Positions 23,371 to 36,400 of a DNA stretch of 64,000 nt are shown piece by piece (position 1 is the first letter of the stretch; every line of letters begins with the position of its first letter). The notes beneath the pieces are model-generated. The model saw only the letters and a program-made list of their open reading frames with translations, was not told the DNA's origin and searched no databases. The position numbers were made by a program, and so were the translations under genes. Source of the stretch: Centruroides vittatus (Eukaryota). Location: contig NW_027122708.1 in the NCBI RefSeq assembly GCF_030686945.1, positions 5,738,248 to 5,802,247 on the forward strand. Reading direction: 5' to 3'.

Positions 23371-24414
23371 TATTTTATGTATAAGCATTATTGTTTATGC
23401 AAGGCAACCTGTTCTTTTCAAGTTTTGAACTTATTCAAATGCTTTCATTTAAGCATTCTATTTGCTTGAGTTTGATTACCTGACAATAGCCTATCAATTA
23501 GGCTGAAAACATTAGACATTTTGAGTAAAAAAATCACTGTTTTTGGTGTTGAGTTGTGTTGCAAAATAGGGCAACATTGTTAATTACAAAGTTGTAGCAC
23601 AAAAATAAAACTATGCACTATTTATTACCTTTCAGTTCATTTCAAAATATTAAGTGAGATCATGAAACAATCTGTTAAATATGACAAGTAAATGCTTTAC
23701 TGCACAACGCACAAGGTTTAACAATGCATCACTAGATATAGATAATATGTTCAGTGTCACACCCAAAGGGGACCAGGGGCCCTGGCATGCTCAAACATTT
23801 TCAAAAACCTTTTCCTAATTATAATTCATTTTTTAAATTTATAGTGTGTTGTGTTTTATATTTCTAAATTTCTTAAGAACTAGCAGTCACATAAGCTGGG
23901 AGTTTTATTGAATTCACATTAAAAATTTTTTTATCATCTGTTCAACCCAACTTTCCCAAGATTAAATTATGAGTGTGTCACTGAGCATGTTGTGATACGG
24001 ATATGCAAATGATCCAATTTATTAAATCTGATTATTTACATTGGAAAATATCAAATCCGATTAAATAAAACAACACTAATGTAATAACTATATCACTGTT
24101 GACCTAAACCTAACCACACATTCAACCATTTCACATTGTATTCATGTAATGCAATGAGACATTTACCTGTCATATTTGACAGGCATTCTGTTTTTGGGAT
24201 TCCACTTGATATTTCAGAATGCACTAAAAGGTAAGTGTATACATTTTCATGTGCTACAATTTTATAATTGACAATGTTGCCCTATTTTCATAAGGAGCTG
24301 AGACTACTACAGCCCATCCAACAAAAGGGCCAGAGGGGGAAAAAATTTACATCATTTCATGCCCAACATATGTATTGGCAAAAGATCTACTGTAATTGTC
24401 TTATTAATTCTTGA

Positions 24415-24453
<39 letters not shown>

Positions 24454-24694
24454 GTATGTGTGTCTCTGTGTGTGTACATGCACTTGCATGTGCCTTTGTT
24501 AAAATTCATTCTAACTTTTCTTTGGTTTTAATTTTTTTTAAATCTTTATTCTTTAATTAATAATACTAGCAAAGAGTCTTCAAACATCTGTCATGCAAAC
24601 AGAAACAACCATCAGATTTGTCAATATTTTTTATTTAAAAATTCTTTGTCATTTCTAGTGTCAATATTATAAACTAAATATGATAAAAACATAC

Positions 24695-24819
24695 CGATGA
24701 CCCTTATCAATATCCCATATACTCATTGTAGTATCAATAGAGGCACTGCAAAGTTTATCCTCTCCAACAAAACACAAACAACATACTGCTTCTTTATGCC
24801 CAGTAAATGTGCGTATCAC
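24695..24819 (-). CDS. NACHT-WD40 gene exon, WD40 repeat (VIRTFTGHKEAVCCLCFVGEDKLCSASIDTTMSIWDIDKGH)
   Basis: Acceptor atttcag| and donor CG|gtatgt. Classic GH...WD spacing. Confidence 0.65.
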
Positions 24820-26076
24820 CTGAAATATAAATCAACCATATTAAATTCAGTTACCTTATAATTTTAAATTATATTACATAAAAAAAATGACTAATGTTTT
24901 TGACGAATAATTCAGAGTTTTTCGGCAGTGTAAAATTTTAATTTTCTGAAATCATATATTTTTAAACTCAAATTAAAAATATTTAAAATCTGTGAAAGTT
25001 ATTTTTCAAATTAAATAAGTTTAGACTTTAATAACTATTTAAAAATCTGTTATTGATTGTAGTTTCAGCTTTTATCCCAACATGGTATGCATATAAATTC
25101 AGTACTGTACGATATGGTACGTATAATAGGACATAGGGATAATGTCCTCTTCACTAGAACCAAAGATATCCCTATAAAGAGGACAATTCATATGTCCAGT
25201 TTCAGACTTTGAGCAAGGAACAATTGTGAGAATGCAGGCAGGCAAATTATCCTTCTGTAATGTCAATACTTTGAGTTGGATGGAATGAAAACACAGTGAT
25301 GAGAGTATGTCATCAGTGGGTAACTTAGAGGTAGGTCAGACCCACTGGTACAAAAACTCTGGAGCTTTCCAACACATCTCATGCATGTGGTAATGAACCA
25401 AATAACCACATCACTGATCCTAACCCAATAATGGTGATCTGTTATATGTCAATGGTTGTCTCTACATGCACGGTTTGATGCTGTTGACAGTAGTAGGACT
25501 ATCTCGTTTGCTGTCCATTGCTTCAGCTACCATTGATCCTTGACCACAGGTGGCTATAACTGCAATGATGCCAAGAATGTCATCACAGCAAGATGACTTA
25601 TCTCATTTGGTGAGAGACATTATGGTGAAAGACTCTTGAATGTATGCATTTTGCATCATACAGGCCTATTATCAGTTGTTATAATCAATCAGTTATAATC
25701 AGTTATAATCAATTGTTATCAGTTGCTATTATCATACAGGCCTATATCTATATCCATACAGGCTATGAAGTGGGGTTGCATCAGATTCTACCCTCATTCC
25801 TGCCTCATATGCATTGCTGGTACATCAAAGAGGTATTGAAGGTGTACTCCAATGTACTGAGGTTGTATTCCATTTGCAGAACAACCACAGATTCCCTAGT
25901 GCCATATTTCAAAGGGCATTATCTGACCACAGGGCAATCAAGAGCTTGTATGGGGTCCCAGGGTACAGTGAACCCCTTTTGCATTTATTTAATAAATGAA
26001 ACATGTAGAATGTTTCTTCATTAATAAAAAGTATTTTTAAAAATTTTAATTTTTGTTAATAGAAATAATGCTAATT

Positions 26077-26385
26077 TATATGGGTAGTAGTAGTACTACC
26101 CATATAAATAGTAGTAGTACTACTATTTATATGGGTAGTACTACTACTACAAGTAGTTAAGTTTTCTCTGGGCCCAAGGAAAATTTTTAATTTCCCTCTC
26201 TCAACAGCCCTACCTGAACATATGTGACAATGTCCTACAGTTCATGGATAACCATTATGTATAAGCCATTTCTTTCCATCGTGCACATCCAGCATGCTGG
26301 AAAGAAATGGCTTATATTTCCAGCATGCTGGAAGAAATGCTTATATTTCCAGCATGCACATCCATTTCTTTCCAGCATGTTTACA
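26077..26385. repeat. Cluster of long perfect palindromes/hairpins
   Basis: tatatgggtagtagtagtactacccatata units at 26077..26160. ataagccatttctttccagcatgctggaaagaaatggcttat-type units at 26270..26385. Confidence 0.6.
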
Positions 26386-26877
26386 TGTGATTTGTGATTC
26401 TGATTTAAATACTCCTGAGCGAGCGAGCGTTATTGAAGCTACTTGATTTGTTATCTAATTGTCAGTGACAGTGCCTTGAACAAAAATATTGGATTTACTT
26501 TTACGGTAAGTACTTCCATATATTAATTTCTTGAATTGGCATGTTCATGAATTAGATTGAGTTTCGTTTCCAAGTGGCATTTAGTGCTAATCAGCGTCAC
26601 TTGACAACAAGGTACAAACTTGGCTAAAAACAAACGAATGGATTTTGTATTCTTTATTTTGTAAATTGAATGTGTAGTTAAATAGATTTAACACCTTTAA
26701 TTACATATTTAGTTAAATTCACAATATCAAAAATGAAGTAAGCTTTTATGGAAAGTTCAATGACCTGACCTGCGTTTTGTGCCTTTTATGAAGATTGAAT
26801 TTATAGTTTAATAGTTCAAAAAAATGTAAAAAGATATCAATTTAGCTAATTCAGAGTGTAACGAGATAACAAGTTGT

Positions 26878-29288
26878 GTGACTACAAGTTCTAAGGCTAT
26901 GAAAGAATTTATAAAAAACATTAGTATTTTAGTAGGAGAAAAAGGTGGCGGAGGTGATAGGGTGAATGATGTCAAAACCGCAATGACTGTCATACCAGAA
27001 GTGATTATACAGCATGAAATTGGACTTCTTGAATTTGATAAGAATACAGGGAAAGTAATTCTGTCAGATTATTTAAAAACAGAAATAATTAAATTGGGTT
27101 CAAAATATTTTCAAAATACTGAAGGTCCTTTCTTGCCAACAAATAACCATTGTATGAACAAAAGTTGGTTTAAGAAGAAACTAGGAAATCGCGGTGAAGA
27201 AGTGAATCGCTCATGGCTAGTCTATTCCCCGACTACACAATCAGTTTTTGCATCTGTCGTCTTATCTTTTTACAATTAGATAATCAATCTTCATTAGAGC
27301 ACAAAGATGGATTTACCCACTGGAAAGTACCTGAAAGGCTCACTACACATGAAAATGCGAAGAACCATCGTGAGTGTTTCACACAGTGGAAGGAAATGGA
27401 AAGAAATTTTGCAGCTAATAAAGGGATCATTGACATTGAATTTCAAACCCAGATCGAGACAGAAAAACAAAAGTGGCATAACGTATTAAAAAGTATCAAA
27501 TTTCTTGCTTCTCAAAATCTTGCATTACAAGGTCACAGGGGTCACTCACTACATAGCGATGGACTACGAGGTCATTGCACTACAAGGTTACTCACTACAT
27601 GCGATGGAACCGAATCCAGTAATGCTGGTAATTTCTTTGGATTAATAAAACTCTTGGCCATATTCGACCCTGTCATGAATAACCATCTTACTCATGTTAA
27701 AAATAATCCCAGAACCACATCTTACTTTTCACCTCAAGTTCAAAATGAGTTCATTCATCTGATGGCGACCACTGTTTGCTAAAGTTTATTGCAAAGCATT
27801 TGCAAATCGAAATACTATGGACACATGTTTGACTCAACTCCTGATCAGGTACATTGTGGGCAGATGTCAGAAGTAGTGAGATATGTAGAGGTTGATTTTG
27901 AGAGAAAATTAGTCCATGTTAGAGAGTCCTTTCTTGGTTTCATTCAGATAAGTCAAAAGGATGCTGTAAGTTTAGCTGACGAAATACTTAAACAGCTAGG
28001 GAAAGACAATATGGATCTACAGGATTGTTTTTCACAATGTTATGACAACGCTGCTGTGATGGCTGAGCACCAAACTGGAGTTCACCAAAGAATAAGTGAA
28101 AAGAATAATCTGGCAATATTTGTGAATTGTGATAATCATTCACTCAATTTGGTCAGTGTACATGCAGCCAAGCAGGACACTTTAATGGTCACGTTTTTCG
28201 AAACTATTGAAGCTCTTTACATATTCTTTACTCATTCCACTCTGTGCTGGGAAAAACTCAAAAAATGCATGCCTGTGGTTGTAAAATCAGAGTCCGAAAC
28301 AAGATAGAGTGCAAAGGTTGAAGCAGTAAAGCCAGTTCACAAATATCTTGAAGATATGCTGAACCTTCTCCAAGATATGACAGACGATAGCGATCAAACC
28401 ACTGAAACAAGAAGGGAGGCCAGACTTCTTCATAATCACATGTTGTCCTACGATTTTCTGACGTTAGGATTTTGGAATGATGTACTCGCTTCCATTGACC
28501 ATGTCCAAAAGCGGCTCCAGGACCCTAGTATGAATTTTCATAATGCTGCCTTGGACATAAAAGCCCTCCGAGACTATTTTTCAAATGAAGGAGAGAGGTT
28601 AGTTAATGAGGCATTAAAAAGAAGATTCAATCTTTGCCAGAAATGGGATGTAGCCATGGAAAGGCGTCAAAGGCGAAAAAATGTATGTCTGGAGAGAGTG
28701 CGTCAGACGCAGGCTTGACCGCTAAAGAAGAAATGGAACGAGTAATGAAGGAATCGCTGGATCATATTGTGTGTGAAATGAGTAAAAAGTTTACTCATTT
28801 GCATGAAACTGACACGAGATTTGCATTTCTTCTAGATGTTAAAACACTGTGTTATAACATTGACAAGTGCAACAATTTAAAAAAGAATGTAAAGAATTCG
28901 GAGATTTCTATGGTTGTGATGTTAACAGGGAACAGTTATATGAAGAAATATTGGATGTTCAAATACTAACATCTACAAGAAAAAACATCAACATAAAGAA
29001 ATGTGAAGAGCTACTTGAAGTTATTGTGCAGTACGGGGATGAAAGTGTATTTCTAAATCTGCACATTTCCATTCAAATTCTGCTCACAATTGCAGCATCC
29101 ATTGCAAGTTGTGAGCAATCTTTCAGTAAGTTAAAATTCATACTTTGTATTTGAGGGCTACAATGGGTCAAGAAAGGTTATGCGACCTAGCTTTGCTCAG
29201 TGTAGAGCAAGAAAAAATGGAAAAGACTAATTTCGAAATCATCATAGATATGTTTGCGTCGCAGAAGGCCAGAAAGGTGCAATTGTAA
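26878..29288 (+). pseudogene. hAT-superfamily transposase (ZMYM1-like: TTF-type zinc finger, DUF4371-like region and hAT C-terminal dimerization domain), disrupted by at least 3 frameshifts and 2 in-frame stops
   Basis: SWLVYSPTT/ISFCICRLIF...DGFTHWKVPERLTTHENAKNH (TTF zinc finger). LALQGHRGH..SSNAGNFFGLIKLLAIFDPVMNNHL. NCDNHSLNLVSVHAAK. CEQSFSKLKFI then LRATMGQERLCDLALLSVEQE...IIDMFASQKARKVQL. The reading frame switches between six consecutive ORFs in the track. Confidence 0.65.
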
Positions 29289-29648
29289 GTGTAAAGGATT
29301 TACGGACTCGCTTTCATTATAAAATAGAAAATAAATATGTTTTGTAAGTAAGATTTATGACTGTTTTATTTAGTGTATCTGTTTTTTATATTAAGATAAT
29401 TTACGAAGGGGCACAACTTTGATGCGTGCCCTAGGCGCCATTTTTGATTGGTATACCCCTGGATGAATGCATCACATTGTCTGTTATTTTCATAATTGAT
29501 TAACAGATTTGTGAAGTTTGACAGAATATAGTTAATTGTATTCCATTGACTCACAAATCTAAGAAATTTTTACCCTTGTGTTTATTGCAAAAATTTCTTT
29601 TCTATAATAGATATTGTCATCAAACTTTTCACTAGAAAATAGATACTA

Positions 29649-29903
29649 TTGAGAACTTTGTGTGAATTAGTGGTCAGAAAACACAAGAATGCCATAGTGC
29701 CTAAATTTTATGAAGATATAGAACTGTACGTCAGATACATTGATGACATTCTCATTGTGTGGAAGGACAAACCTAATCTTGACTTGATGCTCTCTTGTGC
29801 ATCTCATTCATTAAATTTAGTTGTAAATGATGCTGCCAAAGTAACAGTTAATTTTTTAACATTGTACAAGAATTGTACATCTTTTTTCTGCATCTCCTTA
29901 TAG
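29649..29903 (+). other. Chimeric ORF: PLE RT motif C fragment (YVRYIDDILIVWKDKPNL) fused to an hAT transposase motif (LSCASHSLNLVVNDAAKV)
   Basis: Both motifs sit in one open frame. Compare YVDDLLIIWKEKPDI in ORF 129..821 and NCDNHSLNLVSVHAAK in the adjacent hAT remnant. Confidence 0.45.
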
Positions 29904-30129
29904 ATAAAACATACTAAATTGTAATATCACATTGAAATCTAAGTAATACAAGATGGGAGAGCAGAATGAAAATATCAAATATTTTAATGGATTTTTTTGT
30001 TTTAACTTTTGTCAACTATACAGAACTATCATAAAAACATACCAGTAAATTCCTATTGGTTGGGTTAAGTTATAAATCTACTGGCCATTCACACAATGGG
30101 GCGAGAGTGGCCCATCTAGCGGGCAGGCA

Positions 30130-30838
30130 GCTAACAGCCCAGAACTAGTCCTGGATAGAATCATCGAAAGTGTTATACGATATTTTGGTATGTAGCTTCT
30201 ACCAGCTAAACTTTGTGAGGTTGGTGCTCTGTAAAGCACATGCGCAAATGCCTGTTTTACACCATTCAAATATTTTCGCTGTGGAAGCTGTCCCATATTC
30301 AACAATACAGCACTTCCATTGAGAATATCCATATACAAATTTATATTCGAATATACAATAGCAATCTTATCATTTAGTATAGAAATTTGTAATAAGATAC
30401 ATAATGCTGTTATAATAAAATACAAACTTTAATTAATTCAAAGTATGTTCAAATATGAAAATAATCGTGCAATATATATTTATAATTTAGAAAATACAAG
30501 GGAAGTGGCACTTCCACCACTTCCAAGGACTGCATGCCACTGCCGCACATTATTATATATTGGTGAGACTGAGGGGTCTCGCTCTGAGAATGAAAAAGCA
30601 CGAATACACAATAAGAAAGAAGCTAAGAACCATGGCTTTAGCAACTTGTGCCGTACGTGAGGATGTACGTGTTGATCTATGGGATGTAAGATCGCTACAC
30701 AGAGTTTCCAATAGAGCACACCTTAAATACTTGGAGTCAATTGAAATCTATAGGACACTTAAGAATGAAGTAGGAATTAATTTCAAAGAAACAGACACAC
30801 TATCTACAGTGTGCTGTGATATTGTTGAACTTTCATAA
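30130..30838 (+). pseudogene. PLE fragment ending in a GIY-YIG endonuclease domain (YIYNLENT..CHCRTLLYIGETEGSRSENEKARIHNKKEAKNH)
   Basis: ORFs 30445..30660 and 30560..30838 are frameshifted relative to each other. They show the GIY ... YIGET ... R..EH pattern. The segment 30130..30545 is homologous to 44165..44578. Confidence 0.5.
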
Positions 30839-31048
30839 AGCTTTCTCATTTACATCACACCAGACCATGCAGATACAATTTTACATTAATCAAAATTTAA
30901 ATTAAATCTGTTATTTGTGTCAAAATAATTATTCGGAAATTAATTTATGTCATTATGACATTTATCTTAATCTAAGTATGTAATGTTTATGGGGAAACAA
31001 ACACATTCTATAAATTATTCTTTAATATTTTTGAATAATATACATATA

Positions 31049-31381
31049 CAGGGTGGGCCAACGAAAACGAAACGGCAGAGTGTTCGTGTTCGTCCAAGCA
31101 AATCGCTTGGACAGGTCGATTTTATTCTTGAGGGGACATCTTATGCAATAAAGTTTTTGCGATTCTGTATATTAACTAAACAAACATTTTTTTTAAAATA
31201 AATGTTTGTTTAGTTAATACAAAATAAATGAGTTTTTAAAATTTTTTGTTGTCTGTTGTATTCAGAATCGCAAAAACGTTATTGCAAAAAATGTCCCCTC
31301 GAGAATAAAATTGACCTGTCTGAGTGATTTGCTTCGACGAACACGAACACTCTGCTGTTTCGTTTTCGTTGGCCCACCCTG
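31049..31381. mobile_element. Foldback MITE (333 bp) with ~125 bp TIRs and TA flanks
   Basis: cagggtgggccaacgaaaacgaaacggcagagtgttcgtgttcgtc... matches the reverse complement of the other end. TA lies outside both ends (31047-31048 and 31382-31383). Confidence 0.6.
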
Positions 31382-31901
31382 TATATACACACAGTGTATA
31401 CATATATTATATTTTGTTCAGGATATAATTTTAAAATGTATAATAATGTATATAATTTTAAACTGTAAGCATACATTGTTCCATTGACAATTTTAATTTG
31501 AACATGTAAATTATTTGTATGATGTGTTTGATTTTAATGTAGCCGTTTTGTTCTGTGTTATGTGCCTGATTATGTCATTTTAAATGGACGAAAACATTAG
31601 TAAATATTTCTTTATTTATTACTTACATAATTGCTGGTATTGGTTTGGTTGTGTGTGTTTATCCTATCCCAGTTTTGGAGAGTTCATGAATAATAGATGA
31701 AATCATGTAACATTTTCATTTTATTTTTTGTTTTAAATTCTTAATATTTGAAATTATCATCCTTATTTACCTGTTCCCACTGTATCATTGTCATGTTTTT
31801 ATAACTAATAGACAATAGATATAATATAAGACATGGATAAAGTTGTATAGCAATAGAAATAGAGTTTAAAAAAAATTTTAAAGTGATATAATTGTAATTA
31901 C

Positions 31902-31997
31902 CTTTCCTGACAAAGAATTAACAAGTTGAACTATGCCATCATTTTTACCAAATGCTGCCTTTCTTCCATCTTTTGAAACAGCAATGGATATCACAGC
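31902..31997 (-). CDS. NACHT-WD40 gene exon, WD40 repeat (AVISIAVSKDGRKAAFGKNDGIVQLVNSLSGK)
   Basis: Acceptor atattag| and donor AAG|gtaatt. Phase 0 at both ends, so at least one undetected exon must lie between 38366 and 31997. Confidence 0.55.
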
Positions 31998-32296
31998 CTA
32001 ATATTAATTGAAAACCAAACTTTAGTAAAATTTACTTATATAAAATATTTTAATTTCAATAAACTCAAAATTTATAATATAATATAGAAAACTAGTTTCA
32101 ATTTAAACTCCAATTTTTAACTGGACTAATCTTCAATTTTTTAAACATAACTATATTTAATCCTTTATTATTTCCAATAATGTAGAAATGACATCTTTTA
32201 TGCCACTTCAACATGTATGAAAATGTGCATCATCAAAGAAACAAAGTTACATAAATTATATTATAGTTTAATTAACAATTTTCATTTTTATTTCTA

Positions 32297-32550
32297 ATAA
32301 AAAACTTAAATCAACACCTTAATGTTCGCTGAGAGATTTATTAATGTAACTAACGTTTTCGATCTAATCGATAGATCATCTTAAGGTTAAACAGAATGTT
32401 TCTTAAATGGAACATCAATTGAGAAAATTGATGTTCCATTTAAGAAACATTCTGTTTAACCTTAAGATGATCTATCGATTAGATCAAAAACGTTAGTTAC
32501 ATTAATAAATCTCTCAGCGAACATTAAGGTGTTGATTTAAGTTTTTTATT
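32297..32550. repeat. Near-perfect 254 bp palindrome (hairpin centred near 32423)
   Basis: aataaaaaacttaaatcaacaccttaatgttcgctgagag... is mirrored as ...ctctcagcgaacattaaggtgttgatttaagttttttatt. Confidence 0.6.
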
Positions 32551-33650
32551 TATGTAATTCTGCTGGGTACGAGTGTGGTTTTTATTTCTAATATTTTGTA
32601 CACATTCTAGTAAACTGAGCAATTTTTGATTAGTTGTTTATGTGGGAATCCGGGGTTAAGAGATGTTACTCTTATCCGTGATAGGTTTCAGATCCGCAAG
32701 ATCTGCACACTTTGTCAGTGGATGGAATTGTAAAATAATTTCTTAGTAACAAGAGGCTCTTATGACCTTCCCTAAATTTTCCTGACACCAGCCTAAATTG
32801 CGTGTTAAGCCTGCGATATGTAGTCCTTATAATTTTGTGGGGGAGGACTCGTGGACTTCTGATAAGACAGCAACATATATTTTAGAATCAAGAATGAGAC
32901 CATTTAAACAAACTAAAGACAAAATTTAATAAAATTAACAAAAATAAAATACAGGTAACTCCTAATGTCCCTACTTAATGTGTGAGAGAGAGTTTATATC
33001 TTTATAAACATACTACCTCAATTTGTAAACAGTGCTTCTGCGGTGAACGACGACAGTTTGGATAAGATGAGGTTGCTGTTGGAGATTCAGGAGACGGCTG
33101 GAGTAGAATGGCTCAAATTAAGGAAAACAGCCCTCAAAGATTTGAGTAGAATGATCTACAAGGGTTGGAGGTAGAATAACGGCCGTGAACGGCAGGAAAT
33201 TGCCCCTTTTTTACATAAATCTCCTCCAATCGGAATTTGGAATTTGTATCATCTGACAGAATGTACAGATGAGTCAAACAGCCGAATGTTCATTAAAATT
33301 TGTGATAATATATGGTTGAAGGCAGTTTTATTTCCCCTTTCCTCACAAAAATGACAAAAAAAAGTGTTGCTTTTTAACAAAAAAATTACTTTAATTTAAT
33401 TTTGTTTTATACTTTAAAAAAATAAGATTTTTCATTTCTAATTTACGGAGGTGGTGTTATTTAGTCTGATAAAATTGATTTTGTAATAAAATTATACTTC
33501 GTCTCCAGATTCTCACATTTATTTATCATAATGGATATGTCTGTCTTACAATTTCTGTTTCTATAGTAATGCTGTTCATTAAACTTATTTTTCCAAAAAC
33601 CTGTAAGTGATGTAGTAATAAATAATGTTCATGCTGTTTTTCTGTAATAG

Positions 33651-34410
33651 TGTGGTGATACGCCATATTGTTGTATATATGTCTGTAGTGTTAAGTCTAA
33701 TATTAAGTTTCGTTAATCTTTTGTTCTATATCTTTTCTTCGAACTTTCTAACGGTCTTTCCTTCCTGCTGGTGGGAACACATTTTCGTAGAATAACACCG
33801 AAAAACAAGTGTGTATAAACCCTGAGGCAAGTCGGGGAGGGAGATTAAGCATTCCGGGGCTAGCGTTAAGAAGAAGCGGACGAAAAAGAAAGTGATCGTC
33901 GTCACGGATCGAGACAGAGTGCTTAGGTCATCTGCAGGAAAAAGAACTGACATAGACGAAAACTAAAACCGAGAGTTTGGTGATATACTTAAAAATCATT
34001 AGATTGGAGTTATTGAAAAGGACAGCTACAAGTGACTGCAATGCAAGTCTCCATTTCGTCAAGAGTGAAGACCAGACAAAAGAGAAACCCGGGTACCCCA
34101 CCAGCATTTTTCTTCTATTCTTACCCTTCATTCTTTCCTCCTCTATTTTCTTTTAGATTATAAGTTAGTTTAAGATAGTTTAAGTTAATCGGAATATTTC
34201 GGAAATGGCTACAAACGAAGAACATTGTCGAGTAAACGTATCACTCTCCTTTGTGTGTACAAAGTTTTACCACACCGACATTATATATTGGCAATGTATA
34301 GTTGGGATCTCAAAGAATGTAGTGTATAAAGAACCGCGCGAACCATTAATAAAATATTATTTTATTGTGTACAATCTCATATTTTATTGTTTGTCCGCAT
34401 GTACACCACA
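33651..34410 (+). mobile_element. Solo-LTR-like element (TG...CA termini), flanked by a 4-bp ATAG duplication
   Basis: tgtggtgatacgccatattgtt start and gtacaccaca end. atag lies immediately before and after (33647-33650 and 34411-34414). Homologous to 48181..48978 and 53800..54583. Confidence 0.6.
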
Positions 34411-35899
34411 ATAGCTTCAAATAAATTAACTGTTCATGTAATTTATGATTTGAAAAGTCCTTATAAATTCATGTGAATAATTTTAATAGAATTTACATTT
34501 AAGCAATGTCATACAATATTTCTATTACATAACTGTAGCAAACAATAGATGTGATAACAATTCAGGGAATACTTGTAATCTGAGACAGAGAAAATTGGGA
34601 ACATTTTCCTGTGAGACATAGTTAATAAACATCTTTATTTGCACCAACTAATTTAGTCTCTATTTTATTAGAGCTACTTGTTCATAAACACTAAAATAAT
34701 GGTTTCTATTATTGGTTCTTAAAAATAATTTAAATAAGTCATTGAAGATTTATATATTTATAATGTTAAAAAAACTTTTCTGACAGTGCAGTTTCAAGCA
34801 ATGTTAGAAACTACAATTTTCTTAACAATTCTAAGAAACAGTATTCGACAAAATAATTTATTTTATTACGGACATAAAAATAATCCTATTTGCAACAACA
34901 TTCTTAATTACTTTCAGATTAATAAATCCATCTTCAGGAAAACATGTTTAAAAAAATTAGTTTTTAAAATACAATGCTTTTGAATGCTATAGTATATAAA
35001 ATATATTACTAATTTAATTAAATAAAATAGATAATTTCTGTCATGCCTTACACCATTGCTCTCTGGTAAAACTAAATTTTCTCAAGATTTTTTTTATTAA
35101 CATTATAAATTTTAAATTTTTAAAAAAAGTTTTTAAATCACAGCCTTCATATCTTACATTTAAAACTAAATCAGAGCTGTCTTGCAAAGATAATAAATAC
35201 ACTCAAATATCTTACATGCTTTTATATGATAAAAATGGCATTACATTCCTAGTCATTTTAAAGATGTCTGTGCAAAATGATAAAACAAGTTGCAAGGTCA
35301 GTTAAGAGTAACAAAATTCATGATTTTTTTATGCAATTTGGCTACCATAATCATAATCACAAGATAAATTAGTTTATGATGATCTCTTTTCTATGAGTAA
35401 AAAGGTTCATGTGTGTTTGGATGTGGTCAAAGACCACACCCAAATACTCACCACCAATCATAGTAGTGGTGATTGGTGGTAAGTATTTTGTGAGTACTGA
35501 CCACCTTTTCCTTTAATTCATATTGGTGCACTTTTAAACAATGCAAACATGAAACCTGAAACACTTCCTTTATTGAAATCTCCAATTTGCATATACAATA
35601 ATTGAGAAATTGAAAAAAGTTTTAGTTTGTATTTAGAGAAGGAATTTTCATGTGAGTGGAAATGTTAAGTCACGCGAGTGCATAGCCAACGAAATGACAA
35701 GAAATACGAATAAAACAAAACTTTAATTTTAATTATATAGATAAAAAAACAATTATTAACAAAATACTTTTCTCCTCGCGTGATGATACACAGGATTCTT
35801 TTACAACTCCAACTTGGGACCTCGCACGTGTGTAGGTGAAGGAGGAGCAGACAAAGAAAAAAAAAAAAAAAAAAAAACACGTGGTTCACACAGAAGAAG

Positions 35900-36400
35900 C
35901 GTGACTCACTGATAGCGAGTTACAATGGAATGTTAACCGAAATCTTATAAACTAATACTAAAACTAACTTACAAACTAGAGAGAAAAAGGGAAGAGTTTG
36001 ATAGATAAGAGAAGTATATGAAAGAAAGTATAGGGGGTACCCAGGCTAATGATGAGTCCTCGAAATCTTTGGGTCGGGGAATTATATTTACGACACTGGC
36101 TACTATCTTTCTTCTTTTCCAGTCGTATCTCTGTTCTGCTGAACGAGCCGCTCGGATTCTCTCCTACCGTCCGCTCTGTCTCAGCTCCACACCAAGAATG
36201 ACCGTTACTCCCGTTCTTGTGCCTCGGGGTCTTTTTATGCCTTTGTCCTTCCCCTTACTTCCTAGAAAAGGACTGCCCCGCCCGCAAGGAAGGTGAAAAT
36301 CGAAAGATCGAGAAATAAGGGAAACAAAGAACAAAGAATAGAGGGAATAATGTTATGCTTATGACTATCGCGTATATACAAAATTATGACGTACCGTCAC
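35900..36400 (-). repeat. Possible further diverged, reverse-oriented copy of the solo-LTR-like family
   Basis: 36030..36075 (gggggtacccaggctaatgatgagtcc) resembles the reverse complement of the LTR segment gggtacccgggtctacgatgatcgg. The flanking composition is similar, but boundaries are not resolved. Confidence 0.3.

Noticed and set aside
26077-26385. A CRISPR-like array, suggested by regularly repeated palindromic units
   Set aside because: The units are hairpin palindromes repeated with variants of themselves and have no unique spacers. The context is eukaryotic, and they lie beside an hAT remnant.
13690-29450. Recurring small hairpin stem ggggcac...gtgcccc at 13718..13740 and 29407..29431, and similarity of 13700..13720 to 30090..30110 (acaatgggg)
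   Set aside because: The matches are too short (7-9 bp stems) to distinguish from chance without genome-wide counts. Noted only.
26160-29700. Terminal inverted repeats and 8-bp TSD for the hAT remnant
   Set aside because: I searched 26160..26500 against 29290..29650 by eye for short TIRs. Only weak, ambiguous matches were found (cagtgacagtgcc versus ggggcacaactttgatgcgtgcccc). The boundaries are left undefined.
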